From Ostrea edulis (Eukaryota), in NCBI RefSeq assembly GCF_947568905.1, contig NC_079170.1, positions 67,890,001 to 67,954,000 of the forward strand: 64,000 nucleotides of DNA, given 5' to 3'. Shown here one piece after another: positions 1-13,094 of the stretch (the stretch's first letter is position 1; each line of letters opens with the position of its first letter). Position numbers and translations under genes: made by a program. Under the pieces are notes generated by a model. The model did no database searches. It saw only the letters and a program-made list of their open reading frames with translations, and was not told where the DNA came from.

Positions 1-378
1 AATTTTGCACACATGGAACGTGGCCCGTTGCAAGAAAATGAAGTCAGAGTTGAATAGATAGAACAAGACTGTTAATAGTGAAACAAATATATAATAACGG
101 GGGTGGGGGGGGGGGGGGGGGTAAGTGTTAATATCGCGTACTTAAAAATGCCTCGCAAATGTAAAACAAAATGCATGTGTTAATTAAGATTTTGAATACT
201 TTAGAATTTAGTGAAACGGAACGGACCCAGATAATGCTAGCAACTATTTCAACTTGTTAGTAACCTCGCAAATTTACAGTCTATTTCTGTGAGGTTTTTA
301 CTCGCCATTATCATTTATGCAGAAAATTGTGCACTGACCACGATTGTGTTTTTGATTAACAACTCCTCTTATTTTCAG

Positions 379-546
379 AATGATCAACTAATAAAGCAAA
401 GAAAACACGGTACCAATCCCAATGCACCAGATGCGCATTTCGACAAAAGATGTCCCTTCAGTGATGCTAAAGACGATATTTTGTGCATTGCAATTACCCC
501 TGAGAAAATTTCAAAAGTAATGAAAGGCGAATATAACAAACAGTGA
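379..546 (+). CDS. Probable terminal coding exon of an unidentified gene starting upstream of the window
   Basis: Pyrimidine-rich acceptor (ctcttattttcag) ends at 378. Open frame NDQLIKQRKHG...MKGEYNKQ* follows, with AATAAA at 577-582. No family recognised. Confidence 0.4.
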   Translation, partial: NDQLIKQRKHGTNPNAPDAHFDKRCPFSDAKDDILCIAITPEKISKVMKGEYNKQ

Positions 547-740
547 TCACTCTCACAACTCTCACAAACTATACAAAATAAAAAACAACGCATAATTTTA
601 GAGAGCTTTTATTATAGAAAACATTTACAGAGCCAATTGAGTATACAAAAGCTCTAACCATACATTAATGTTTGAGGTTAAGCAAACTGTGATTTTTATT
701 AAGAAATACATTTTGTCTGGATTTTTGGGTATTATCTTAT

Positions 741-2641
741 TTCAACTACAGTCCAGCTGGACATGTCATTACTGGTGATGTTGATATAATTGAAAATGAG
801 GGCCTCAAATCACTTATTCTTAAAGGTCCTAAATACAGAGAACTTCGGTCTTTTAATTGGCGACAGAACTTCATCTCCATTATGAGTTCTGTCGAAGATT
901 ATGCCAGACGATGGGCTAAATATGAAAAAGAAGAACTTGATACATTGTCAGAATGGGTTAAAAGCATAAGAGGGATATTAAAATCCCGCTTTAGACACAT
1001 GAAAACAAAAGTACGTACCATCTATCCTTCTGTGTTTAGTAAACCAGAAGTGATAAAAGAATTAGATAGGTTACATGAGGAATATGTTTTGGTTCCAGCT
1101 GACAAAGCTAGTAACAACATTGTCTTTGTTTGTAAGACTCATTATTACAACTGTATTTTAAACGAACTTGGCATTAATTCCACTTTTGGTAATCATACTT
1201 ATACTCTAACTGCCCTTTCAAAAGACGAAATTCTTCAAAACCATGCTTCAGTTTTAGACAATGTAATATTCCAGTCAATGGGTCGAATGAATATGAGTTA
1301 CCGTACCTATACTGGATTCCTAAACTACATAAAAACCCTTACAAACAAAGATACATTGCTGGATCCAGTAAGTGCTCTACCAAGCCCCTATCTTTGCTCC
1401 TTACGAAAATGTTAACAGCTGTGAAGGAGAAACTTCAAACTTACTGTGCGACTACATATGCCAGAAGTGGTGTTAATCAAATGTGGATTCTAAAAAATTC
1501 TAAAGAACTTTTAGTCAACTTGAAATCACAGAATTTTTCCCAAATCAATAGCATTAAAACCTATGACTTTTCAACACTATACACGACCATTCCTCACGAT
1601 AAATTAAAGACTATACTTTTTGACATCATAGACAGTTGCTTCTTCAACAAAAACGGAAAACGGAAATATTCATATCTAGTGATCAGTCATTCAAAAACGT
1701 TCTTTGTTAAACACCACTCTGATTCCACGCAAAAGTACTCTGAAGTTGAAATAAAAAATAAGCTAGAGTTCCTCATTGACAATATCATCGTCGTCTTTGG
1801 TGATCAGGTCTTCCAACAGTCTGTTGGAATTCCCATGGGCACGAATTGTGCTCCTTTGTTATCTGACCTGTTTTTATATTCATATGAAGCAGAACTTCTA
1901 CGTGAGAAGAAAAATCTCTCGCTGTGACCTTCAATTCGACTTTTAGATATATCGATGACGTTTTGTCTATTAACAATGATATCTTCCATTCATATGTCGA
2001 TTTGATATATCCCTGTGAGCTCAAAATAAAGGACACCACAGAGTCGTCCACTTCTGCTTCATACTTAGATATTTTATTGAAAGTAGACATTAACGGCAAA
2101 CTAACAACTCAACTGTATGACAAACGGGATTATTTCAGCTTCTCCATCGTCAACTTCCCACATTTATGTAGCAATATTCCATTATCACCTGCATATGGTG
2201 TTTATATATATCAACTGATTCGATATGCAAGAGCTTGTTCTGGGTATAGTCAGTTTTTAAATCGAGGTAAGCTACTGACAAACAAGTTGATGATACAGGG
2301 ATTTCAACAGTCTCGATTGAAGTCAGCATTTCGCAAATTCTATGGTCGTTATAACGATCTAGTTCGTCAATACAACCTCGCATTGGGTCAAATGCTGTCT
2401 GATGTGTTTCATACCAATTGTTAAGCCGTTCTTGGCACACTGATTTGACTGCGGATAACTCCGTTTACCTGATCAGAATATGGGGCTCACGGCGGGTGTG
2501 ACCGGTCAACAGGGGATGTTTACTCCTCCTAGGTACCTGATCCCACCTCTGGTGTGTCCAGGGGTCCGTGTTTGCCCAACTATCTATTTTGTAATGCTTG
2601 TAGGAGTTATGAGATTGATCACTGTTCGTTATCTTCACCTT
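741..2641 (+). mobile_element. Naiad-type Penelope-like retroelement, 5'-truncated and frameshifted (copy A)
   Basis: Linker FNYSPAGHVITGD...KGPKYRE. RT motifs KTYDFSTLYTTIPH, QQSVGIPMGTNCAPLL and FRYIDDVL across ORFs 882-1415, 1394-1927 and 1924-2424. ORF ends after the RT thumb with no C-terminal endonuclease. 3' UTR ends ...ttcgttatcttcacct. Confidence 0.85.
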
Positions 2642-3050
2642 ACATGTAGATTTAATTCGATTTAAAGAACATTGTCATTTAGTCTTTAAACACCTTTAAG
2701 ATGTGCAGTTAGCGAACTGGTTATAATGAAGAAATAAAACGCAATTCAGAGCATTTCAAATCGTTCCGGAAGGCGATTAATTATTTGAAAATACTCATTT
2801 GATATTGAGTTCTCCTAGATGATTGACATTTTTGTCCAGATTGTTTGGTAAATCTTATACATGTAGATTTATATCAGTTTAAGAATATTGTCATTTAGTC
2901 TTTAAAAACCTCTATACTATGCCGCTAGCGGAAGGGTTATAAGAAAGAAATCAAATGCAATCTAGAGCATTTTAAATCATCCGTGAAGACGACTAATTGT
3001 TTCAAAATAATAATTTGATATTCATTGCCCCTAGATGCTTGAAAACACGA
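2642..3050. repeat. Diverged direct tandem duplication, period about 217 bp
   Basis: acatgtagattt...attgtcatttagtcttta...cctagatg occurs at 2642 and again at 2859. Confidence 0.6.
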
Positions 3051-4726
3051 TGAATTGATCTCATTTAAAGTACATCTTTATGAAATGTTACATTTGTTAA
3101 ATGTTGACTTTTAATATGATAAATAATATCTACTCATAGATTCCAAGAAATGTTGGGTAAAAGACTAGAACCTCTGAATTCTTAATGAACACCAATAAAA
3201 ATAAATGGACTCGTTTGAAGTACCTTGAAAAGTGGACAGGAATGAAGCTGAAATGGAAAACAAATGTCGTATTACCATTATATATTGATATTAATTAGTG
3301 TTTCCTCTCCTGGCAGTCCCACGATACCGCTAACGTGATTCCAGAAACCACGCAGATATAACACCCGGTCTCATTCTATGATCTATAAATTATGTCAGCT
3401 AAATATCTTTTTATTCACTGTAATTCGCTGTATGGAACCAAAAAAAAAAAAACGTCTACAATTACCACAGAGAAATTCCTCTCTTGCATATTACATGAAA
3501 AAAAAAAATAGAATCCACCACTGCTACTTGCTTGGTCATAAATTAAAGCCATTTGTTCTCTTGTATTTCAAATCTACTATTCTTACTTATTTGGATATAG
3601 TTTATATGTCTCGCAAAATGCATATTACTAATCTAGTGTTTATTTTTGTTTTCGATTACATTTCCATATGGAATAATATCCTGCATTTTCTTGAAAAAAA
3701 AAAGAAAAACAATGTGGAATTATTCCTCGTACCAACGCTTTCCTCTTCACAGGATCCGTGTCTACCGAGTCTCTGACTGTCTTGGGGAACTTTGTTTCAT
3801 ATTCAGTGTAAAACGAGTCTACCTGAGTTGCAATCCAACAGAGATAGTTTAACTCTGATGACATATTGTGACATCTTTTAGTTGTACAAACCCTTAGAAA
3901 ACGAGGGACCATACTATTTGCATTTGTCGGTCAGTCGTACTGTAGAACAAGTCTTAATGTATTAATAAGTATCCACTCTAGCATAATAACAATACTGATA
4001 CTAATAATTATAGTAATAACAATGATAGTAATAATAATAATAATTACAATAATAATATTAATGATAATAACAGCATTAATGTATTAGTAAGTATTCCCTC
4101 CATATCTACAAAACGGCAAGAGTCAATTGACTCCGGATCAAAGAAGATACCTGCTCAATATTTTGGATCTTTTGACAGTGGGTACCTGATCCCGATATTG
4201 AATTTAATTGTTTTGGCACTTCTATCAATTGAATGACACATGAGTAACCATAACCTAGGTATCGGTTACACCCGCCATGTGTATAACCCTTTTCAATTTT
4301 GCACCACGGGAGAGGACATACAAATGTACATTTTTTTCTGAATCACTTCTTGATTTTAGGAAGAAGTTAGATGCAGACAAGAATAATCAATTCTTTTTTT
4401 TTCAAAGCGGAGGATGGTAACCAAAGGATGATTTCTTCCCTAACATTATTGACAATTAAAATGTAAAAGCTAAAAAGGTATAGTTTGTCCAAACTTCACA
4501 CAGGTAAACTCATAATCGGCTACTCGGTTGTTATCGGATATTGTTTGACTGGTAAGTTTACTATTTCAAACTATATGCGATTGACGACCGGTTTACATTG
4601 AACCGTAAATATCAAAAGTCAAGGAAATTGTGCTGCTATATTCTATAGTGTTGATCTAGAAGAATAAGAAATTCAAAGTGTTCAATTATCAATTTTGTTA
4701 TTTTCGTCACAATTTGTTTTATATAT

Positions 4727-5567
4727 GAGGTGAATATACCGAACAGTGAGCAATCTCGACACTCCTATCAGCAATACAATATAGAGAGTTGGGCAAACAC
4801 GGACCACTTGATACAAACAGATGGAATTAGGTGCCTAGGAGGGGTAAGCATCCCCTGTCAACCGGTCACACCCGCCGTGAGTCCTATATCTTGATCAGGT
4901 AAACGGAGTTATCCGTAATCAAAATCAGTGTGCCCAAAACGGTCTATCAATTGAAATGAAATACATCAGACAGCATTTGATCCATTGATAGGTTGTATTG
5001 GCAAATTAGATCGTTATAACAACCATACAATTTGCAAATGTTGACTTTAGTCGAGACTGTTGAAATCTCTGCACCATGAACTTGTTTGTCAGTAGCCTGC
5101 CTCGATTTTAAAACTCATCATACGGAGAACAAGATCTTGCGTATCGAACCAGTTGAGAGATAAAAACAACATATGCAGGCGATATAAAATATTGCTACAT
5201 AAATATGGAAAGTTGATGATGGAGACGCTTGCAATCAGTCTGTTTGTCAACAAACTGGGTTGTTAGATTGCCGTTAATATCTATTTTCAATAAAACATCT
5301 AAGTATGAAGCAGAAGTGGACGACTTGGTGGCTTCTTTTATTTCGAGTTTAAACGGATATATAGAATCGACCTATGAATGGAAATTATCATCATTAATAG
5401 TTAAAACATCGTGGATATGTCTAAATGTCGAATGAAAGGCCGTGACAAGAGAATTCTTCTTCTGACGTATTAGTTTTTGGATCAATTCTGTCTCATAGAA
5501 ATATAAAAACAGGTCTCACAAGAACATGCTACAGACAACATCTTTGGTCGGTATTTCAAAAACTACA
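4727..5567 (-). mobile_element. Naiad-type PLE 3' part (copy B)
   Basis: Reverse complement of the copy A 3' UTR and RT C-terminus (DLFLYFYETELIQKLIRQKK...FHSTFRHIHDVL). Confidence 0.8.
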
Positions 5568-6096
5568 CTGGCTGCCTGTAAAGCAACGCATTGTGTTTAA
5601 AGTGCTGATAACCATACATAAGTCACTACACTCTTTCTCAGCATCAATATGCATGAGAGAGTAATGTCCTGTGTACCAGCCACATAGGACCTTGAGATCA
5701 TCATCTGACCAATGAAAACTGTGGAGTAAGCTGCCATTGGAACTTCGAAAAATTGAAGCGCATGTAGCCTTCCGCAAGAACGTAGAAACATTCTTGTTCA
5801 AGCGTGAATATGCCCTGTGAATGTACAATCCATCCAATATCAAGGACCACATGTGTAATCTCTTACAAACTGTGTGCCTATTATATCCTGTCTACTCAAA
5901 GTCAACGACTTCGTCATCTTGCTACCATGTTGTATGTAAAGTATACCTATTGTTTTATCATTTATTTTATAGCTTTTGTAGGTCTTTTATTGGTATATTG
6001 TCATTTATTATTAGTACAAACATTGTAGAGTGCAAATAAACTATTTGTAATTTTGCGCTTTATGAATGAATCAAATACTATTGATAATAAATAACA

Positions 6097-8574
6097 CATG
6101 AATGTGAGGGGACTCTTAGACGGAATCCCTGTCATGGATATCGTTCACCTAAAAAAAAAAAAAAAAGTATATATGATGTCACGTTTGATTCACTTTTACC
6201 GTACGTCAACAGACAATTAGGTCCACATCATATTTGTACAAAACTTTACGCTGTTCCATTGATAGTTTTACATATGTTATTTGAAAAAGCCACAGTTAGT
6301 CTATACTTGGATTTTTCAACACCTGAATATAGACTGAACTCTATGATTATAGACGTTGCCTATCACAGACTCTTTAAACCAACACGGGTCATGGACGATA
6401 TTCCTTCCAAACCATGCCACCAGTTCCTTAAGATCAAATTTACAAACAAAGGAATATATGCCGTCAACACAAGCAACATTCTTTGTCATAAAAGGGTTCA
6501 GTCGTGTATTCAGACTTATTTCACGTTCAAGTCTACACCCTGTATTTCCTACAGCTATACTTCTCCTATTGCATCCAAACTTTTTAATTATAAGCAAACT
6601 TTGTAGTGCCTAGAGATATATCTAGACCATCTTATACGTAATCCACCAACGTGTTCTTGTTCTTCATTTTCTTTCAACTATAGTCCAGCTGGCCATGTCA
6701 TCACTGGTGATGTTAATATAGTTGAAAATGAGGACCTCGAATCACTTATTCTAAAAGGTCCTAATTAAATACAGAGAACCTCGGTCTTTTAATTGGCGAC
6801 AGAACTTCATCTCTATTATGAATTATGTCGAAGATTATGTCAGAGGATGGGCTAAATATGAAAAAAAGAACTTGATACATTGTCAGAATGGGTTAAAAGC
6901 ATAAGAGGGATATTAAAATCCCGCATTAGACATACTAAAACAAAAGTACGTACCATCTATCTTTCTGTGTTATGTAAACCAGAAGTGATAAAAGAATTAG
7001 ATAGGTTACATGAGAAATATGTTTTGGTTCCAGCTGACAAAGCTAGTAACAACATTGTCTTTGTTTGTAAGACTCATTATTACAACTGTGTTTTAAACGA
7101 ACTTGGCATTAATTCCACTTTTGGTAATCGTACTTATACTCCAACTGCCCTTTCAAAACAGGGAATTATTCAAAACCATGCTTCAGTTATAGATACATTT
7201 AATATTCCAGTCAATGGGTCGAATGAATATGAGTTACCGTACCTATACTGGATTTCTAAACTACATTAAAACCCTTACAAACAAAAATATGTTGCTGGAT
7301 CCAGTAAGTGCTCTACCAAGCCCCTACCTTTGCTCCTCACGAAGATATGAACAGCTGTGAAGGAGAAACTTCAAACTTACTGTGAGAGTACATATGCCAG
7401 AAATGCTGTTAATCAATTGTGGATTCTGAAAAATTCTAAAAAACTTTTAGTAAATTTGAAATCGCAAAATTTTCCCAAATCAATAACATCAAAACCTATG
7501 ACTTTTCAATACTATACACGACCATTCCTCACAATAAATTAAAAACTAGACTTTTTGACATCATAGACAGTTGTTTCTGCAATAAAGATGGAAAAAGGAA
7601 ATATTCATACCTAGTGATCAGTCATCCAAAAACTTACTTTGTTAAACACCACTTTCATTCCACGCACAACTACCCTGAAATTCAAATTAAAAAATATGCT
7701 AGAGTTCCTCATTGGCAATATCTTCGTGGTCTTTGGTGATCAGATTTTCCAACATACTGTTGGAATTCCCATGGGCACAAATTGTGCTCCTTTGTTAGCT
7801 GACCTGTTTCTATATTTATATCAATATTCATATGAAGCAAAATTTATTCAAACACTTATACGCGAGAAGAAATTTTTTGGTGTGGCCTTCAATTCGACAT
7901 TTAGATATATCGACGACGTTTTGTAAATTAACAATGATAACTTTCATGCATATGTCGATTCGATATATCCCTGTGAGTTGTCCACTTCTGCGTCATACTT
8001 AAATATTTTATTGAAAATAAACATTAACGGCAAACTGACAACTCAACTATATGACAAATGGGATGATTTCATCTTCTCTATCGTCAACTTACCATATTTA
8101 TGTAGCAATATTCCATTATCACCTGTATATGGTGCTTATATCTCTCAACTGATTCGATACACAAGAGCTTGTTCTGCGTATGATCAGTTTTTGAATCGAG
8201 GCAAGCTACTGCCAAACAAGTTGATGGTACAGGGGTTTCAACAGTATCGATTGAAGTCAGCATTTTGCAAGTTCTATGGTCGTTATAACGATCTAGTTCG
8301 TGAATACAACCACATTTGGTCAAATGCTGTCTGAGAAGTTTCATACCGATTGTTAGACCGCTCTTGGTACACTGATTTGACTATGGATAACTCCGTTTAC
8401 CTGATCAGGATATATGGCTCACAGCGGGTGTGACCGGTTGCTAGAGGATGATTACTCCTCCTAGGCTAGTGATCCCACCACTGGTGTATCCAGTGGTCCG
8501 TGTTTGCCCATCTATGTATTTTGTATTGCTTATAGGAGTTATGAGATTGAACACTGTTCGTTATCTTCACGTTT
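6097..8574 (+). mobile_element. Naiad-type PLE, longer degenerate copy (copy C)
   Basis: CxC linker PPTCSCSSFSFNYSPAGHVITGD at about 6643-6711. RT motifs VGIPMGTNCAPLLADLFLY and FRYIDDVL. Same 3' UTR as copy A. Multiple stops and frameshifts. Confidence 0.85.
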
Positions 8575-8799
8575 CATGTTATGTTTTTTCTTCTAATATT
8601 GTTATTACATGTACATACGATGGATTATAATCACATACAGTGTATTTTCATTTGTTTGATTCGTTATATTGGAGAACTTAGGTGAGATCAACTTTATATA
8701 AGTACTAGACACTACATTAGTAGTGATACATAAATGGTGGACTGTAAATATAAAGCTTGCATTATCAATAAATTAAAGTATTTTACTCTTTTTGTTAGT

Positions 8800-9739
8800 G
8801 TATGGAGATGGGTATTTTAGAATGTTGGTGGAACATTTCTCTGATATTCTAAAGGGAGTCAGAATGAGTGTTGAAGAAGCTGAGTTGGAATTAACTCCAC
8901 TAAAAAAGTAAGTCTTTGATAGATATTGTAAATTATCAATTCCATAGTTACTGCATAATCAAATGACATGAAAACAAATCTTACAGTAAAATAATATTCA
9001 TATGAATGGAAAACAAATAGAGAGATCCTTTATTTTCAGTGATATGAAGAATTCATCATTGCTTGACTGGGTAGAAGTGCACAGACGGTTTAGTGATGAA
9101 TATCCCAACACATTGGCAGTCATGAGTTTGATTTTAACAATTGCACCATCTAGTGCACAGGCAGAAAGAGGCTTCAGTCAATTGAAACTAGTTAAACAAA
9201 TATCAGATATAGGCTTGGACAATCATCACTTAACAATGTCCTAGCAATTAAGTTTTTATCAGCAGATATTAAGGAATATAACCCCAGTAAAGCAAGTACT
9301 CACTAGAGTACATGTTCCTTGTTAACAAGGAAACCAAATACTAGAGTTAAAAGATGTGAAAATAAGGACTCTAATCAGGGTGTGGAGTCTGTTGATGAAA
9401 TAGTGGTGGTAAATGATACAAATGTTACAGTGAGTGTTGAAAACAGTAACCATCTCATCATTCCACGTGATGGCGATCATAGTATTGATTTTGGTGAAAG
9501 TGAATCTGCAAAACATGATGAGAGTGATGATGAGAGAGAAGTGATTGAAATGATTATGGAAATGGAATTGGAATATAATTGATTATTTGAATAACTAGCA
9601 AAGTGACCTGATGTTTCTTTTTTTTTTCATTTAGATAGTTTCATATGTGTGTGCTACTAAAATTTCGTGTGGGCTCAAATATGCTTTTATTTAGGGGCCC
9701 TCTTGACCCCTAATGTATTCAAGCGAAGTTGGAACCCTG
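8800..9739 (+). mobile_element. hAT transposase 3' relic (dimerization domain, ZNF862-like) with right terminus
   Basis: EYPNTLAVMSLILTIAPSSAQAERGFSQLKLVK motif at 9002-9244, then an acidic tail. Terminus ...agttggaaccctg (CAGGG end) at 9739. Confidence 0.7.
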
Positions 9740-9989
9740 ATATGTGTTGCGTCTTCTACACTGTACTTTCAGTAGTGTCCTAACTTTTGGGTAAATCTCT
9801 TCCAATTTCATGTCCCCTTTGCCTTGCCAAAATATGGTAGCATTATGGCGGTCTAACTCAAGGTTGGCACCAAATGAGGATTGTCTAGCATAACAAAAAG
9901 CAAGCTTAATTATGGACCACCTAATGATCCATATTCTTTTTGGATTAACAATGTGAATATTCATTTCATTAGTATACTTTGGTCCCCGT

Positions 9990-12500
9990 CCTGAGTTCGA
10001 GGCACAACAATATAGTGAACCTTATCTTTCCAATGTACTTCAACAAGCAACGATATTTCCACTGGCCCCTACCAGAAATATCTTGTTCGCTAGTTCCCAA
10101 GACCAAACAAAGGAAGCTGCCGCGATGCGGAGAGAATGGGTTTTCTATACTCGTTTTTCTAACTCTAAATTACTGATAGACAAATAAAAAACAGACGTGA
10201 CTTGGTATATAGTCACTGGTCTGTCCAAAAAGTGACAACAATTTTGCTGGAGGATTGGGTCCTAATTGCATAAATGATCACATAGTGCGCACTGGGCATA
10301 TAGTAGAGAATAGCGTTAGAGTTGCCCCTGGTCAGTTATTAGTGTCTAAGGAAATCGGAACTGTATTAGTGTGTTCTAGGTAGATTGCATCCTTAGCGTT
10401 AACAGCATGGACAGGTTCATGCGCTGAATTCTGAACCAGTTTTTCCATTCTAAAATACCCGAACAAACGGTTGTGAATATGGCCGATAATAGCGTACATT
10501 CACACGGGGATTTTCAAACTTTGGGCAACAAGTGAAGTATACTCGACAATATATTCAATGTAAGTGCTTTCCTGTCTTCAGTGCGCGAGTTTTAACCGGT
10601 CAATCCCACCTGGACTTTTCTGCGTAAAAACGATTGAGTTGAATCATGGATATTGTGTAACTTGCAACAGTAGGATATCCCAGATATGTTAGATTTAAGG
10701 TGGCTCACTACACCCAGAAAGAGTTGATCAAATAAATAAGAATTGGTTTAAGCATAAACGATATACTGATATATAATCAGTATATATGTAAAAAAAAAAA
10801 AAAAAAAAAAAAGGCAGAGAATTTGAAAATCTGGATAAAAACATGATTTTCAAAAAAATATTCCAACACATATAAACAAAAGGATCTGGTTGATTTGAAC
10901 TCGTGATCTACGCTTCACCAGCCCAATACTTTAACCACTGAGCCACGATGATAGACATACACATCGATCGTACAAATACTTTCACAAACCATTTAAATCG
11001 CCATCTTGTAAAATAGTCTCATAAAGAGTTTAAGCTTTAATGTCGTGAGCTACCTTAATTGCGTTGGGAGAAAATTGTATTTTTATATTCAGACCTGCTC
11101 CTGGACCAACCTTGCAAGTATGTCTAATGCTTCGTCAAAAGATGAGTATTTCAGAGAATAATGCTTTTTATCTATATGATCAGGGGGATAAATGGTGAAT
11201 TAATCCATTACCCCTCTTCTTTGGTACCATGTCCACTGGGGATAACCTAAGGTTCTGTAGAGAGGGTGATCTAATGGGCCTGTAACTCTACCCAATGACA
11301 TATCTTTAATAACTAATTGAATTGCTTTATAATTTAAACGAGCCATGGATTTAAGATTTTTTTTTTACAATCAGTGGCAACACGTTGTTCTTTATAAGAA
11401 AGCTTAAACTTGTAAGTAAAACCCTGTAACAATTTTAAATCTACCGAACTGAGTGGGTTATTGGTCAATAATTTACTTAACTTACACAAATTGACTGGAC
11501 TTGTTTTGATATTAGTGATGTCTAATTGATTAGGCATGAGGGGCTCTACTAATTGAGCGTGGTTGTGTTGATCTCAAGTGTAGTTGACATCGCCAATTTG
11601 TTTGCATATCACCAGACCTAGAATTTAAACTGGTGCCTGAGGATGTTTTTGACTGATGTAGGGGTGATTTTGTGAACATGATATGCATTCATGTCTATAT
11701 TGGCACTGCCATTTGTTACATTGTCCCTTGTAATTAAAATCGTAACACTTAAAGAGAGTGAGGCCTAGTGGTAGGGAGCCTGGATGGTCGGTGTAATGTA
11801 CATGTACAGGAGCCATAGCTCTCGGTCAAACAACAGAAAATGAAAGGGAAGGGTTAGCGTGCTCCTTCAACCTAAATTGAACATCATAATCGCGAAATCC
11901 TAAGGTCTTAACTCTACTTGCCCCCAGCCTAATGGTATGGATACACGATCATTTAAATAATTGAGCCCCGCTCTCAACATGTGCGGAAGCATAGATGAGG
12001 AAAGCATCAGCCCAAACCTGTAGATCGGTTATGACCTTGGCTTTGGACTTGAAGGTCTAAGTAAGGCTACCCTCTTTCCTGGAGAAATATTTAGTGTCAT
12101 CGTTGGGATCAACCCCCTCTGAATTTTCAACTATCAGCCACAACTTGATATAGTCCCCATTTACAATTTTATATTTCAATCTATATGGCACCGTGTTTCC
12201 CAAATCATTCTCATAACTCTGCGTTTTAGCAAGATAGTTATTAGGAAATATATCAGGTTCTGTACCTGTACTCGTCTCACCCACAAGCATGCGTGGTAGC
12301 AGGAGCTTCATAGGCGTGCCTTGATACTGCCTGGATATGATGTCTGCTACAGCGTTTGGATCTGGGGTACCGTGTTTGTTGGGTCTCTCGCTAGCTGACT
12401 TGGGGAGGAACTAAGGTAACGATGACCTGTCAGTAACCTTAGGGTGTCTCATCGACCTAACATTGGGCGTGGGTTGTTGGTACTTCCTCTTTAGCATTGT
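9990..12500 (-). mobile_element. DIRS-order (Ngaro-like) tyrosine-recombinase retrotransposon relic
   Basis: Gag-like ORF with CYDFNYKGQCNKWQCQYRHECISCSQNHP (11625-11816). RT N-terminus (GRVTGPLDHP..NLRLSPV..VPKK; KYSSFDEALDIL) at about 11070-11540. Frameshifted YR motifs at about 10000-10690 (LFGYFRM, STICPVRTM, THSLRIAAAS, GQWKY..LLKY). Confidence 0.7.
10695..11058. mobile_element. TTAA-flanked MITE (Kolobok-like termini) inserted in the Ngaro relic
   Basis: Termini ttaaggtggctcac (10695) and gtgagctaccttaa (11058) are a 13/14 inverted match. TTAA on both sides, GG...CC ends. Confidence 0.7.
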
Positions 12501-13094
12501 CAATATTGCTCGTTGAGTAATGCAAATACAAAACAAAACTAATTAAATGAGTAACCTTTGATGTGTCGCAGGATGGGAAATTGCGAGTTGCGAAAAAAAA
12601 GTATGAAAATTTGAGCTACTTATAGACGCCAAAAGATGAAAAGTTAAATCCGAGTGAAATCTGCAAATTTTGTGGTCATTGGAGATTTTAATGGTACGAT
12701 TACCTTTCAAGAAATGCTAGCACATCGCACAAGAAAATATTTTGACAAATAACCGAATGTTATATATTTCCAGTGGGCAGATCTCAAACACGTCTGACCT
12801 TATTTTTTTTAGGCAGATGACTCACGACTTTGCGTTTTATGTCATGTGTTTTGCTGTGTTCGACTAATATCCAGAAGAGCATGACGTGAATGACTCTGAA
12901 AACCCGGGGTAGAGCCCTTGGGATTCCGGAAAATTGCACAGTAATAAAAAATAAAGGCTTTGTATCACATTAATAAATGCATTTAACCTTTAGTGGTTAA
13001 ATTGCAATATCTATCTTTCAATATATCTATGGATTTATTTATCTACCTATCTATCTATCTATCTATCTATATATATATATATATATATATCTAT

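Noticed and set aside
1394-1927. Selenocysteine read-through of TGA in the Naiad ORF, as reported for some clam and spider Naiads
   Set aside because: The TGA at 1925-1927 is out of the RT frame and results from a frameshift. No recurrent in-frame TGA or SECIS was recognised.
2424-2641. Canonical hammerhead in the Naiad-type 3' UTR
   Set aside because: No CUGANGA...GAAA core was found on either strand.
3640-3912. Minus-strand coding-like ORF (LNYLCWIATQVDSFYTEYETKFP...)
   Set aside because: No recognisable domain or consistent splice partners, so support is insufficient.
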